A stretch of DNA of 62,071 nt from a virus (IMGVR_UViG_3300037873_000013:1-62071); one strand, 5' to 3'. Shown: positions 10,555 to 20,555, counted from the first letter of the stretch. Translations and numbers: made by a program. The notes: generated by a model from the sequence alone, not told the origin.

Positions 10555-11493
10555 ATGACAGACATCTCTGGAGAGCGCCAGAGGCTGGCTGCCCAGGGGT
10601 TGCGACACGAGTTCCGCGAGACCTGGGGGAGCCGGCTCAACTACACATCGGCACGCACGGTCACTCGACCGGCAACCTGGATGTTCCTGCACATTGCCGT
10701 GATCAGTGTCCCAGTCCAGTCCGTGGTGTCCGAGCGACAGGCCATGCGAACGATCGAGAACATCGGCCAAAGTCGATTCGGGATCGGCTGCTCGTACAAC
10801 GAGGCGGCATGCCAGTCGGGCCGGCTCTACGAGCTGCAACCGTTGACGCGGCGCGGCGCACACACCGTCAACGACAAGGTGAACCCCAACTTCCCGACCG
10901 GCTCGCTCAACTACACAGCCCGAGCGCTCGTGCTGCCCCAGAACGTAGGCGATGCTGTCACGGATGCCCAGATAGACGCGGCAGCTCGATGGGGAGCAGC
11001 CTGCATCCGGGCTGGTGAGCTTCGGCCAGGTGCTCGCTGGTACGGGCACCGTGACGTCACGGCGAAGTCATGCCCCGGGCCCATCGCCTATGGCCGGCTG
11101 GCCGAGCTGAACAGCCTCACGAGACACTACGAGACCAACGGACTTGGAGAGGAAGACGACATGCCTTTGACGAAGGACGAGTGGGTTCGGATGTCCAACC
11201 TGGTGGATGGCAGGCTCCGTGACCCTGGCAACCTCAGCGTGATCACCGACGCCGTGGTCGCCCGGCTCAACACTGATCTCGACCCGGAGACCCAGGGAAC
11301 GATGATCCGTCGCACGCTCCTAGAGATGGCGAAGCGCGGTCAGAACGAAGCCCTGGGTGCTGCCCAGGGTGATGCCAGTCGTGGGCTGCTCGAAGCCAGG
11401 CTGGCCGAGATGGAAGCCAGCTTCGAGGGATCGGTTCGCAAGGTGATGCGGGAGATCCTGGATGACAACGCTGTGCCTGACGGTGGCGTGTGA
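10555..11493 (+). CDS. Endolysin, N-acetylmuramoyl-L-alanine amidase (Amidase_2-like)
   Basis: FLH, GAHT, GHRDVTAKSCPG zinc-amidase motifs; follows the tail module. Confidence 0.85.
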   Translation: MTDISGERQRLAAQGLRHEFRETWGSRLNYTSARTVTRPATWMFLHIAVISVPVQSVVSERQAMRTIENIGQSRFGIGCSYNEAACQSGRLYELQPLTRRGAHTVNDKVNPNFPTGSLNYTARALVLPQNVGDAVTDAQIDAAARWGAACIRAGELRPGARWYGHRDVTAKSCPGPIAYGRLAELNSLTRHYETNGLGEEDDMPLTKDEWVRMSNLVDGRLRDPGNLSVITDAVVARLNTDLDPETQGTMIRRTLLEMAKRGQNEALGAAQGDASRGLLEARLAEMEASFEGSVRKVMREILDDNAVPDGGV

Positions 11494-11804
11494 TCCTCTC
11501 GTGGTTCCCCTTCGCAACGCCAACGGTGGCGGTTGTGGTAGCTGCTACGGACGGGCAACCCCTAGCGGTCTGGGGGCCGCTGGGGGTCTGTCTGGCAGCA
11601 GTGGCCTGGTTCATGCGAGAGCTGATCTTGAAGACGATCCAAGACAAGGATCGGGCTATAGCCTCAAACGAGAGGCTCATTGAGCAGTTCATGACTCAGG
11701 CGGTTCCTGCAATGTCCAAGTCGGCGGATGTTATCGAGAAGAGACAGCAACTAGATGAGAAGCTGATAGCACTCCTAGAAGATGTCCGTCGAAAGCTTGG
11801 ATAG
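11490..11804 (+). CDS. Membrane protein, lysis cassette
   Basis: Hydrophobic segment then coiled coil; overlaps the endolysin stop. Confidence 0.65.
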   Translation: MILSWFPFATPTVAVVVAATDGQPLAVWGPLGVCLAAVAWFMRELILKTIQDKDRAIASNERLIEQFMTQAVPAMSKSADVIEKRQQLDEKLIALLEDVRRKLG

Positions 11805-11809
11805 GTGGC

Positions 11810-11965
11810 ATGAGATGGCCATGGAGTCGAGATAAGAAGCAGGAAGAGACAGAGCGACATTCTGAAGAGACTAGAGTCAGCATGGATGAACTGGCTCAGC
11901 GTCTTGAGAGTGTCACTGAGAACTACCTGAACATGCTTCGAAAGAAGGCGGACAATGGAAACTGA
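11810..11965 (+). CDS. Small protein (51 aa, MRWPWSRDKK...)
   Basis: Read manually; fills the gap between ORFs, AGGTGG RBS. Confidence 0.55.
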   Translation: MRWPWSRDKKQEETERHSEETRVSMDELAQRLESVTENYLNMLRKKADNGN

Positions 11966-12347
11966 TGAGGAGGTTGCACAAGCAGCGGCTGCTGTGCAAG
12001 CGCAGTTGTCTGACATCAAGTCCGCCATCGACGCCAACACCAGAGCTACTCAGCGTTCTCGTGTATGGCTGTGGACTCAAGGGCTCATCATCGCTGTTGT
12101 GATTGGTCTGGGGACGTTAACGTGGTGGGACGACCGCCAAGACGATCAGAGAGAAGACAAGAGGGAGCAAGAAGAGGATCGACGCCTGGGAGAAGAATCT
12201 AGACGAGACTGTGTCAACGGTATAGAAATTCGTGAAGAGGGCAGACAGAGACTGCTTGAGATCGCAAGAGAGATCAACAGTCAGCGCCTGACAGACATAA
12301 TTAACGGCAGCTATGAGGACATAGCGCCTCCAGCCGCTTGCGACTAG
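11955..12347 (+). CDS. Single-pass membrane protein, lysis cassette
   Basis: One TM helix followed by a charged domain with two Cys. Confidence 0.65.
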   Translation: METDEEVAQAAAAVQAQLSDIKSAIDANTRATQRSRVWLWTQGLIIAVVIGLGTLTWWDDRQDDQREDKREQEEDRRLGEESRRDCVNGIEIREEGRQRLLEIAREINSQRLTDIINGSYEDIAPPAACD

Positions 12348-12356
12348 GTATCGCTG

Positions 12357-12932
12357 ATGGCTGAGATGGTGGCGGATCCGGCTTCCGGTGAATTGAAGCC
12401 AGTACCGGACCCCACCTTTCTCACAACCCAGAATCTGCTTCGTGAGATTGCTGGGTTACGAGAATTCGTGCTTGGTGAGATTGGTCATGTACGCGAGATC
12501 AGTCAGACCAAGTTTGCAGCTATGGAAGCTGCGTTCGAGGATGTGGCTAGCCGTACTGCAGAACAGAAGACGGATACCAAAGACGCTCTAGATGCAGCAC
12601 TCCAGGCGGCTAAGGATGCTGTCAGTCTCCAGACCGAGGCCAGCGACAAGGCCATCGCCAAGTCCGAAGCGGCCACTACGAAACAGATCGACTCTCTGTC
12701 TGTTCTTGTCGACAAGGCTGGACAGGACACGACAGACAAGATCAACGATCTCAAAGCACGACTCGACAAGCTCGAAGCAAGCATTCAGGGCACTATTCTT
12801 GCAGCACTCACGGACAGCAAAGAGAAGAAGTCGGGTAATATGCTACAGATAGCAGCCTTGGGTGTCTCAGCCTTCTTTGTACTCGTGGCAATAGTCAGTC
12901 TGATGTACACTATCGCCACCACAAGTAGTTAG
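12357..12932 (+). CDS. Coiled-coil protein with C-terminal TM anchor
   Basis: Long Ala/Asp/Lys heptad pattern, C-terminal hydrophobic helix. Confidence 0.7.
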   Translation: MAEMVADPASGELKPVPDPTFLTTQNLLREIAGLREFVLGEIGHVREISQTKFAAMEAAFEDVASRTAEQKTDTKDALDAALQAAKDAVSLQTEASDKAIAKSEAATTKQIDSLSVLVDKAGQDTTDKINDLKARLDKLEASIQGTILAALTDSKEKKSGNMLQIAALGVSAFFVLVAIVSLMYTIATTSS

Positions 12933-12982
12933 AGACCGCAAGTAGCGGGTAACAACATAGCGAAACAAGGAGGTGGGTACCT

Positions 12983-13228
12983 GTGATTTGGGTGCCTGTC
13001 CTAATTGGACTAGCAATGTGCATCGCTGGCTCTTGGATGCTTCTAAGAGCAAACAGCAACGTCGAGCAGTTCGAGACTGACTGCATGAATGTGCAAGACC
13101 ATGAAAAGCGTCTCCAAGACCTGGAGGCGACTGCTCGGCAGCTGCTGCACAGCGGTGAAGTACCAGCACTTGAAGACGCGGGATGGGATCCCGCACAACT
13201 GAACAGGGAGACGATTCTTCGTGACTGA
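12983..13228 (+). CDS. Small membrane protein
   Basis: AAGGAGGT RBS; N-terminal TM helix. Confidence 0.65.
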   Translation: MIWVPVLIGLAMCIAGSWMLLRANSNVEQFETDCMNVQDHEKRLQDLEATARQLLHSGEVPALEDAGWDPAQLNRETILRD

Positions 13229-13598
13229 GATCTTCGCTCCATACCGAGCAGCGATATCGGCTGTGCTCGGTGCCGTTGCCCTGGCCTACGTCAGCGTGAT
13301 CACTGATGATGTTGTTACCAGCTCGGAGCTGGTGGGGCTGTTCCTTGTCGGTGTCGGAAGCTTCATGACCTATCTGCTGCCCAATGCCCCTGGGTACAAG
13401 TGGGTCAAGCTCTTCGCCAATGCTGCCTTCCAGGGCTTGTCCCTGCTCGTGCAGTTCATCGACACAGGGCAGGACATCACAACGGCGATGTGGGCTCAGC
13501 TCGTCATCGCCGTGGCTGTGGCGCTCGGGATCGTCGTGATCCCAAACGACACAGAACCGGCCGTTCCGTCGACAGCCACGACCCCAGGCACCTCGTAG
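13221..13598 (+). CDS. Holin-like protein (4 TM, internal duplication)
   Basis: Four hydrophobic helices; repeated (V/I)T..E/MW....YLLPN/VVIPN motif. Confidence 0.7.
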   Translation: MTEIFAPYRAAISAVLGAVALAYVSVITDDVVTSSELVGLFLVGVGSFMTYLLPNAPGYKWVKLFANAAFQGLSLLVQFIDTGQDITTAMWAQLVIAVAVALGIVVIPNDTEPAVPSTATTPGTS

Positions 13599-13613
13599 AA
13601 TCGTCCTGTTCCA

Positions 13614-13644
13614 GCCTGCCGGCTGCGAGGCGGAGCCGGCAGGC
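13614..13644 (+). terminator. Hairpin ending the late/lysis operon
   Basis: gcctgccggct / agccggcaggc 11-bp perfect stem. Confidence 0.6.
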
Positions 13645-13677
13645 ACACAGACCGAGACGTGAGACAGGGATGAGACG

Positions 13678-14112
13678 ATGGGTGAGCTTCAGCAGGTGAC
13701 CATGACCGTGCAGACGGTCAACGGGCCCGAGGTGATCGAGGGCACAAGGCTCGGTTCGAGCACGAGCCTTCGAGGCCATCACAACCACGAGGGTGGCTTC
13801 GCTCCCCCAGGGCCGGCCACGCGGTGCCCAGCCTGCCGCTGGACACAGATCGACATCGTCTTCGATGAGGGCACAGAGAGCTACGTCGTGGTCATACAGG
13901 GGCGATCCGTGGTGCCCGGTGAGATCGACCGCTGCCGTGTCGAGCGCACCACCTCGCCCCTGTGGGTGATCGAGACGCTCCAGATGCCCCAGCGCCGGAC
14001 CGGGAGCCAACCAAGGCTGACCAAGACCGCCATCAAGGCGATCGCAGAGGCAGCCCGCTACGACGCTGACATCGCCGATGCCTGGCGTGAGCGCCGCCCT
14101 GTGGTAGCCTGA
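13678..14112 (+). CDS. Hypothetical protein (HHNH...CPACRW metal-binding motif)
   Basis: Good codon usage; GAGAC-rich leader. Confidence 0.7.
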   Translation: MGELQQVTMTVQTVNGPEVIEGTRLGSSTSLRGHHNHEGGFAPPGPATRCPACRWTQIDIVFDEGTESYVVVIQGRSVVPGEIDRCRVERTTSPLWVIETLQMPQRRTGSQPRLTKTAIKAIAEAARYDADIADAWRERRPVVA

Positions 14113-14113
14113 G

Positions 14114-14130
14114 TCAAGTTAGCTACTTGA
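14114..14130. promoter_or_regulatory. 17-bp dyad operator TCAAGTTAGCTACTTGA
   Basis: Perfect TCAAGT-N5-ACTTGA; one of ~14 mostly intergenic copies. Confidence 0.75.
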
Positions 14131-14141
14131 CGGGAGACACC

Positions 14142-14387
14142 GTGGGAGACAAGACGGTCTTCGATCCACCTTCCGAGGTGATTGCCATCGGCTATGTCTG
14201 GTCGGATGGGAATGCATCTGGGGGAAGACGTGAACTCTTTGTGTCGCTCGATGAAGCGAAGCGAAGACTCAACCATCTTGTCGACGAGGGGAAGATCAAA
14301 GAGCGCAAGGTAGCTGTGTTCCAGTTGATCTATGGCAAGTGGGAGCCGTTGGAGATCCAGTGGCCTGAGCCTTTGAGGTTGGTATGA
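14142..14387 (+). CDS. Hypothetical protein
   Basis: GTG start after GACGGGAGAC; overlaps polA start. Confidence 0.65.
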   Translation: MGDKTVFDPPSEVIAIGYVWSDGNASGGRRELFVSLDEAKRRLNHLVDEGKIKERKVAVFQLIYGKWEPLEIQWPEPLRLV

Positions 14388-16174
14388 CCGGGCTTGATCA
14401 CGTCAAGCTCCACCTCGTTGACTCGATCGACGCTATGGGTGAGCTCCAACGCTGGATGGGGCAGAGCCGGCCAATCCTCGCTGTGGACACGGAGACGGAA
14501 GGCCTGGAGTGGTGGCACCACAAGCCGCGTCTCATCCAGGTGGGTGACTGTGACGAAGGCTGGGCGATCCCCTGGGATCTCTGGGGCGGAGCTGTGCTCG
14601 ACGCTCTCGCTCAGTATCAGGGCCCGATCGTGATGCACAATGCTCCGTTCGATGTGAAGATCATGGAGAACTGGTGCGGTTCCAAGTTCCCACGTCATCG
14701 CATCCATGACACCCGCGTGCTCACGCACATCCGCGAGCCTCACATGCCGACCGGTCTCAAGGCGGTCACAGCCCGCCTGATCGATGCCAACGCCGCTCGC
14801 TCACAACGCATGTTGGCCGATGCCATGAAAGACAACGGCTGGACCTGGGCAACGGTTCCCCTGGACTTCCAGCCGTACTGGGCATATGCGGCACTGGATA
14901 CCGTGCTCACTGCTCAACTGTTCGAGTTGATATACGACGATGTCATGTTCTCGTCTCCAGCTGCCTATGACCTGGAGATGGGCACCACCTGGTGCATCAT
15001 CGACATGGAGCGCAAAGGTGTTGCTCTCGACGTCGAATGGACCAAAGAGAAGCTCAAGGCGTTTCGCCAGTATGAGGTCCAGGCAGCCGACTGGATCAAG
15101 GAGAACTTCAACCTCACTCCGGGTAAGGCCCAAGAGATCATTGCTCGAATCAAGGCAGATACTGGCTACAACTTCACAGAGAAGACCAATGGCGGCATGC
15201 TCTCGCTCGATCGATCCGTGCTCGAAGACGTCATAGCTGTGACCGGCCATCCGCTGGCCGAGATGGTGCTGAGCCGTCGTCGCATCCAGAAGATGGCCAG
15301 CTCGTACCTCAACAAGTTCCTGGAGATCGAGCACGAGGGACGCGTGCATGCCAGCTACAACCTGCTGAAGAACGAGTGGAGCAAGTACGGTGCCCGCACA
15401 GGGAGAATGAGCATTTCAGAGCCTCCCTTGCAGCAGCTCCCTCGGAAGAACAACGCTCTACCGGCAGCTATTGCCGTGCGCAACTGCTTCACAGCCTCCG
15501 AGGGCAACGTACTACTGATGTGCGACTTCAACCAGATCGAGGCTCGGCTGTTGGCGCACTTCAGTCGAGACCCCGGGTTGATCCAGGCGTTTCTGGCCGA
15601 GGGCGACTTCTTCGTCAACATCGGTCGTCAGCTCTACGACGATCCAACGATGGAGAAGAGCGATCCCAGGCGGACACCAACGAAGAACGCAACCTATGCC
15701 AAGATCTTCTGTGCTGGTGTCGAGAAGTTCGCCAAGACAGCAGGCATCAGCTATGACCAGGCAAACGCGATCTACAGCCGACTGAGTCAACTGTACCCGG
15801 GCATGGATAGCTTTATTCAGCAGGTGATCAATGTTGGTGAGCGTCGATTGAAGGAGACAGGCCAAGCTTACGCTATGTCTCCGCTCACACGACGTAGGTG
15901 GATCGCTGACTCGGACAAGACATACGCACTGGTCAACTATCTCATCCAGGGTGTGGCGGCTGAGGTGCTGAAGTACAAAGATCTTGCCCTCATGCATGCT
16001 GGGCTTGGTCAGTACATGGTGTTGAACGTACACGATGAGGTCATCTTGGATGTGCCCAAGGAAGACGTAGAGGACGTCAGGGTTGCTGTCGAAGGAATCA
16101 TGAACGACGATCAGCTCTTCACTGTGCCGTTGACGGCCGACAGTGACATTGCCTTCAGGTGGGGCGAGAAGTGA
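14384..16174 (+). CDS. polA: Family A DNA polymerase with 3'-5' exonuclease
   Basis: ExoI DTETEG, ExoII HNAPFD, ExoIII YAALD; TGRMS; motif A DFNQIEAR; motif C VHDE. Confidence 0.95.
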   Translation: MTGLDHVKLHLVDSIDAMGELQRWMGQSRPILAVDTETEGLEWWHHKPRLIQVGDCDEGWAIPWDLWGGAVLDALAQYQGPIVMHNAPFDVKIMENWCGSKFPRHRIHDTRVLTHIREPHMPTGLKAVTARLIDANAARSQRMLADAMKDNGWTWATVPLDFQPYWAYAALDTVLTAQLFELIYDDVMFSSPAAYDLEMGTTWCIIDMERKGVALDVEWTKEKLKAFRQYEVQAADWIKENFNLTPGKAQEIIARIKADTGYNFTEKTNGGMLSLDRSVLEDVIAVTGHPLAEMVLSRRRIQKMASSYLNKFLEIEHEGRVHASYNLLKNEWSKYGARTGRMSISEPPLQQLPRKNNALPAAIAVRNCFTASEGNVLLMCDFNQIEARLLAHFSRDPGLIQAFLAEGDFFVNIGRQLYDDPTMEKSDPRRTPTKNATYAKIFCAGVEKFAKTAGISYDQANAIYSRLSQLYPGMDSFIQQVINVGERRLKETGQAYAMSPLTRRRWIADSDKTYALVNYLIQGVAAEVLKYKDLALMHAGLGQYMVLNVHDEVILDVPKEDVEDVRVAVEGIMNDDQLFTVPLTADSDIAFRWGEK

Positions 16175-16653
16175 GATATATGCTTCTCTCGGTTGACCCA
16201 GGAGAGGCGACAGGCTACGGCTGGGTGATCATCGAAGACACACAACTGTTGCACTGGAGCTTCAACGAAGCCACGTTCGAGAAGTTCAACGAGCTGGCTG
16301 ACACGTTTCTACGTTGCACTTACTCCGAAGAGCAGCGAATCGACGTCTACTGTGAACGGTTCGTGATCGGCTCGAACACGCACACCAAGGTCAAAGGTGA
16401 TTGCTATTGGAGCATCGAGACCATCGGGCTGCTCCGCCACGTGTGCCGCGTAACCGGGCACCACTTCGAGCTACAGAGCCAGTCGGACGCCAAGGCGGAC
16501 TGGTCGGACAAGAGGCTGCAACGAGCGGGCTGGTGGATCGAGGGTGACAAGGCAGCCGGGATCAAGGGCACGCACGCCAGGGACGCTGCCAAACACATGC
16601 TGCTCGCGCTCTCGCGGCACCATGCCCAGGTCTACTTCGATCTGGTCAAGTAG
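16171..16653 (+). CDS. RuvC-like Holliday junction resolvase
   Basis: LLSVDPGEATGY, YCERF, HARDA acidic catalytic pattern. Confidence 0.75.
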   Translation: MRYMLLSVDPGEATGYGWVIIEDTQLLHWSFNEATFEKFNELADTFLRCTYSEEQRIDVYCERFVIGSNTHTKVKGDCYWSIETIGLLRHVCRVTGHHFELQSQSDAKADWSDKRLQRAGWWIEGDKAAGIKGTHARDAAKHMLLALSRHHAQVYFDLVK

Positions 16654-16703
16654 GTAGCTTGACAGACTCCGCCAAACCTGCTTTAATCAAGGCATGACGA
16701 GCA
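16646..16703 (+). promoter_or_regulatory. Operator + TTGACA-N17-TTTAAT promoter + leaderless ATGACGAGCA start
   Basis: -35 16659, -10 16682, ATG 16694. Confidence 0.7.
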
Positions 16704-16870
16704 CTCAGAACCTCACTCCGGCCACCACCTTCGTTCTGCAGGACAGCTTGACTGGCAACTTCCGGCCCGAGCGTGTGAGCTACGAAGAGGCCAAGGCCAT
16801 CGCAGCGGCTGATGGTTTCCTGACCGTGCGTCGGCTGGACGAGGTTCTGCGAGAGACCGGGAGGGCCTGA
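16694..16870 (+). CDS. Small early protein (MTSTQNL..., 58 aa)
   Basis: Manual translation; conserved leaderless start cassette. Confidence 0.7.
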   Translation: MTSTQNLTPATTFVLQDSLTGNFRPERVSYEEAKAIAAADGFLTVRRLDEVLRETGRA

Positions 16871-18784
16871 GTGCCAGCAGTTGAGATCGACCCTGCCAAT
16901 GGTGGCAGGGTCATCATCTACGTCAACCACCTCGAAGCTGGGATGATGCAGAGCCTGGCCGGCTCGCGCCACGACAAGAAGCGCTCGACGGTCGAGACCA
17001 CGGTCTACACGGCACCGCTCAGCTGGGGCACGTGCGTCGGGCTGCGCGGGCTCTTCCCCGATGATCTGCAGATCGGGCCCGAGCTGACGCTGTGGGCCCA
17101 GCACGAGCTGTCTGTGCGCATCCAGCCGTGCATGACGATCCGCCAAGCCCTGGACGTGCCCGGAGAGTTCGACGAGCGCCTGAGGCCGTTCCAGCGGGCT
17201 GGTGTGGCCTTCCTGGGGATGGCCGAGCGGGCGATCCTGGGTGATGACATGGGCACCGGAAAGACCGTCCAGGCGATCATGACCCTGCGATGGCTGGCCG
17301 AGTACGGGCACCAGGTATTCCCGATCTGCATCGTCACAACAGCAGCGACCAAGATCCCCTGGCGAGATCACTGGCTGGAGTGGTGGCCGTTCGCTCTACC
17401 GTTCGTGATCGACGGCACACCAGCAAAGCGGCGCAAGCAGTTCGAGGAGATCGCCAAGCACGTCGACGCTGGTGACCCAGTCGTGTGCATCATCAACTGG
17501 GATGCCGTTCGAGCACATAGCCGGATAGCACCTTACGGGTCTTACCGGCTCAAGAAGTGCCGCAAGTGTGGTGGTATCAAAGACGATGTGTCCGAGGCTC
17601 AATGTGAGACACACGTCAAAGAGCTGAACAAGATCTCTTGGCGCTCGGTGGTTGCCGATGAGATCCACAAGATGGGCATGCCGAAGAACAAGTGGACGCG
17701 TGCCGTCTGGGCTGTCCAACACCAAGAGAGCGTGCGCTACAGCTACGGTATGAGTGGGACCATCGGTGAGGATCCCGGCAAGGTCTGGGCAGCGCTTCAC
17801 GGTGTGGCTCCAATGGACTATCCCACGCGTACCGCCTACGAGAACCGGTACTGCCTGAAGACCTGGACACCGTTCGGTGAGTGGAAGATCATCGGACTGG
17901 AGCCGGCCACCCGGAACGAGTTCTACAGGGTCTTTCATACCCGGTTTCGTCGTATCCCCATCGAGCTTGCCGCTCCGTTGCTTCCGCCCGTTGTCCGGTC
18001 TGTTCGTCACGCTGCCATGGGTACGGCTCAAGCCAAGGCATATAAGCAGATGAAGGAAGAAGGTCAAGTTCTGCTCGACAGTGCTGACAGCTCGATCATC
18101 GCAGGATCGAGTTTGGTCCGTGAGACGAGGCTGCTCCAGCTCTCGGCTGCTGTGTGTGAGCTGGTCAACGGCAAGGTGATGCTGACCAAGACCAGTTCCA
18201 AGCTCGATGAGTTCGAAGAGGTGCTCGACGAACTGGGCAACAGACAGGTCATCGTCTGCACGGTCCATCGCCAGTTGATCGAGCTTGCCGGGAAGAGGCT
18301 GGAAGATCGAGGCATCGAGTACCGCCTGATCATCGGCGGGATGTCAGCTTTGGAGAAGGAAGCAAACCGGCAAGACTTCCAGTCAGGTAAGGCACAAATG
18401 CTGTTGTTCACCATGGGAGCTGGTGGTGAAGGTCTCGACATGACCGCTGCCAGTACCATGGTCCGGCTACAACGCAGCTGGTCTCTGATCCAGAACTTGC
18501 AGACGGAACGACGGTTCTGGCGCATCGGATCGGAACGGCATGACCAGCTCAACCTGATCGATATCGTGGTACCCGCCACCACCGAGGTGCGTCAGTTCAG
18601 GGTTGTTGGACAGAAGCTGGCTCGACTGCAACAACTCAATCAGGACATTGCTACCATCATGGCCAATGGTGGGCTCGACCAAGCTCGCTTGATGGCACTC
18701 CAAGCAGAGCAGCAGGCCATCATGGCAGCTGACGATTTGACTCAAGAGGTTGATCACAGTGACGGATCAGACGATGATCTTTGA
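16871..18784 (+). CDS. SNF2/SF2-family helicase
   Basis: LRPFQ, DDMGTGKT, DEIH, MSGT, GGEGLDMT, RFWRIG motifs. Confidence 0.9.
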   Translation: MPAVEIDPANGGRVIIYVNHLEAGMMQSLAGSRHDKKRSTVETTVYTAPLSWGTCVGLRGLFPDDLQIGPELTLWAQHELSVRIQPCMTIRQALDVPGEFDERLRPFQRAGVAFLGMAERAILGDDMGTGKTVQAIMTLRWLAEYGHQVFPICIVTTAATKIPWRDHWLEWWPFALPFVIDGTPAKRRKQFEEIAKHVDAGDPVVCIINWDAVRAHSRIAPYGSYRLKKCRKCGGIKDDVSEAQCETHVKELNKISWRSVVADEIHKMGMPKNKWTRAVWAVQHQESVRYSYGMSGTIGEDPGKVWAALHGVAPMDYPTRTAYENRYCLKTWTPFGEWKIIGLEPATRNEFYRVFHTRFRRIPIELAAPLLPPVVRSVRHAAMGTAQAKAYKQMKEEGQVLLDSADSSIIAGSSLVRETRLLQLSAAVCELVNGKVMLTKTSSKLDEFEEVLDELGNRQVIVCTVHRQLIELAGKRLEDRGIEYRLIIGGMSALEKEANRQDFQSGKAQMLLFTMGAGGEGLDMTAASTMVRLQRSWSLIQNLQTERRFWRIGSERHDQLNLIDIVVPATTEVRQFRVVGQKLARLQQLNQDIATIMANGGLDQARLMALQAEQQAIMAADDLTQEVDHSDGSDDDL

Positions 18785-20555
18785 CAACTGGGCGGATGCT
18801 GTCGTCCACGACCGCAAGGTGCGCAAGAAGCTCACCCGGCAGGAGTACGCGGACCTGACGGAGCTGACCCCAGGTCTGATCCAGGGCGCCGAGAACGGTC
18901 GACGGATGAAGCCGACCACGATCGAGAAGCTCCTTCCTGTGGTGGGAGATCTCCTGCCCGAGAGCCTGGGTGGCACGGGCGCCGATGGTGTGCTGTCGTC
19001 AGACGAGCCTCAGGCTGACGCGTCGTACTCGAACCCTGTCGATCGCATCGACAGCCTGAGCGAGCTGGAGAGGGTTCGAGCTTGGCTCCAGAATCGCTAT
19101 GTGCGTGTGATGGAGCGCCTGGCCGGCAAGCCGGCCCCACCCTTCGGCTTGCCGGGCTCAGGAGGCATGCCGGACACGTGCCAGCCTTCGGAGTTCCAGG
19201 CCTGGGACAGCTGGCTGACCGCCGTGGAAGAGCACCTGGGGCCCGACACGGAAGCTCAGGTCGTCTGGTGGGTGCCCACCGACCCCTACGAGGACGATGA
19301 CGAACGGGACGATGAGGTTGTCGTAGAGACCCCAGCCGGTATCTACACCGACCTTGAGGTGCAACTACACCAGTCAATCGAGCGTGCGAAGAACGTCGAA
19401 AACGCTATGGCTGTGTCGAGCACACCAGACGGCCAGCGCGAGGACATGGAGCCACCAGTACGAGCAGAACGGCTCAAGCTGGGTGAAGTGGTACAGGGGC
19501 CCTGGCAGGCTCTGGATCCTCCCCAGCCTGGGCGTGCTGAGCCAGACAAGCTCGTGTTAGATCCAACGCTTACGTACATAACCAACAGTGCTCTGCAGAC
19601 ATGGAGCGACTGCCGACGGAGATGGTGGCTGGAGCACTACAAGAAGCTCTCTGCCGGGCCTCGTTCGGTCACCGGAGCTGCATCCCTCGGTACGCGGGTG
19701 CATCAGGCTCTCGCGGTCAAGTACGTCCCCGATGGTGAGGACGAAGGGGACGTCTTCGGTGAGCTGGCCTGGACGGTGGCCGACGATCGGCGCTACCTGG
19801 AGTCCATCAACGCTTCAGCTCCCAAGTTCAAAGAGCTGGAAGCAGAGCACGACTTCGCCAAGATCATCATCGAAGGCTACCTGGAGTGGCTCGAAGAAAC
19901 CGGTGCCGACCGTGATTTCCAGGTCATGTCTTCGGAGAAGGGACTGATCGTCCACCCCGGATTCCCGGGGTTGGATGATGTTCGACTGCTCTCGAAGGAA
20001 GACACCCGGCTCTTCCGGAACATCGACAACGCTGTGCTGTTCATCGACCACAAGACCGTTCAGAGCTTCGATCAGATGACCGGATGGGCACACATGAACC
20101 GGCAGATGATCCACTACGGTCTTGTTGAGTTCCTGCTCTTGGCCGAGCAGCAGCACCAGACCATTGGGACAGTCGATGAGCGAGAGATTCGTCGTACTGA
20201 TGGTGCGATCCTCAACATGCTGCGCAAGGTGAAGCGCACAGCCACGTCAAAGCCGCCCTACTACCACCGCCACCAGATCCGCTACAACATCGAGACGTTG
20301 CGCAACTACTGGCGCCAGATCTTCGGAACCATTCGGGAGATCATCGAGGTTTCGGCGAAGCTCGATGCCGGAGCCGAGCACCATGATGTCTGCCCACCGC
20401 GGCCTACGCAAGACTGCAGCTGGAAGTGCCAGTTCTTCACGCAGTGCGCCATGTTCGATGACGGCTCGGACACCGATCGGATGATACAGGAAGTCTTCGT
20501 GACGGTGGATCCGCTCAAGCGCTACGACAACGAGGTTGCGAGGTTCGTCGAATGA
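18759..20555 (+). CDS. Cas4/RecB-like PD-(D/E)XK exonuclease with N-terminal XRE-type HTH
   Basis: ITNSALQTWSDCRRRW, GTRVH, IDHKT, CSWKCQFFTQC; N-terminal LTRQEYADLTELTPGLIQGAENG. Confidence 0.8.
   Translation: MTDQTMIFDNWADAVVHDRKVRKKLTRQEYADLTELTPGLIQGAENGRRMKPTTIEKLLPVVGDLLPESLGGTGADGVLSSDEPQADASYSNPVDRIDSLSELERVRAWLQNRYVRVMERLAGKPAPPFGLPGSGGMPDTCQPSEFQAWDSWLTAVEEHLGPDTEAQVVWWVPTDPYEDDDERDDEVVVETPAGIYTDLEVQLHQSIERAKNVENAMAVSSTPDGQREDMEPPVRAERLKLGEVVQGPWQALDPPQPGRAEPDKLVLDPTLTYITNSALQTWSDCRRRWWLEHYKKLSAGPRSVTGAASLGTRVHQALAVKYVPDGEDEGDVFGELAWTVADDRRYLESINASAPKFKELEAEHDFAKIIIEGYLEWLEETGADRDFQVMSSEKGLIVHPGFPGLDDVRLLSKEDTRLFRNIDNAVLFIDHKTVQSFDQMTGWAHMNRQMIHYGLVEFLLLAEQQHQTIGTVDEREIRRTDGAILNMLRKVKRTATSKPPYYHRHQIRYNIETLRNYWRQIFGTIREIIEVSAKLDAGAEHHDVCPPRPTQDCSWKCQFFTQCAMFDDGSDTDRMIQEVFVTVDPLKRYDNEVARFVE

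Noticed and set aside
18759-20555. CRISPR-associated cas4
   Set aside because: No cas1/cas2 or array; the context is a phage recombination module.
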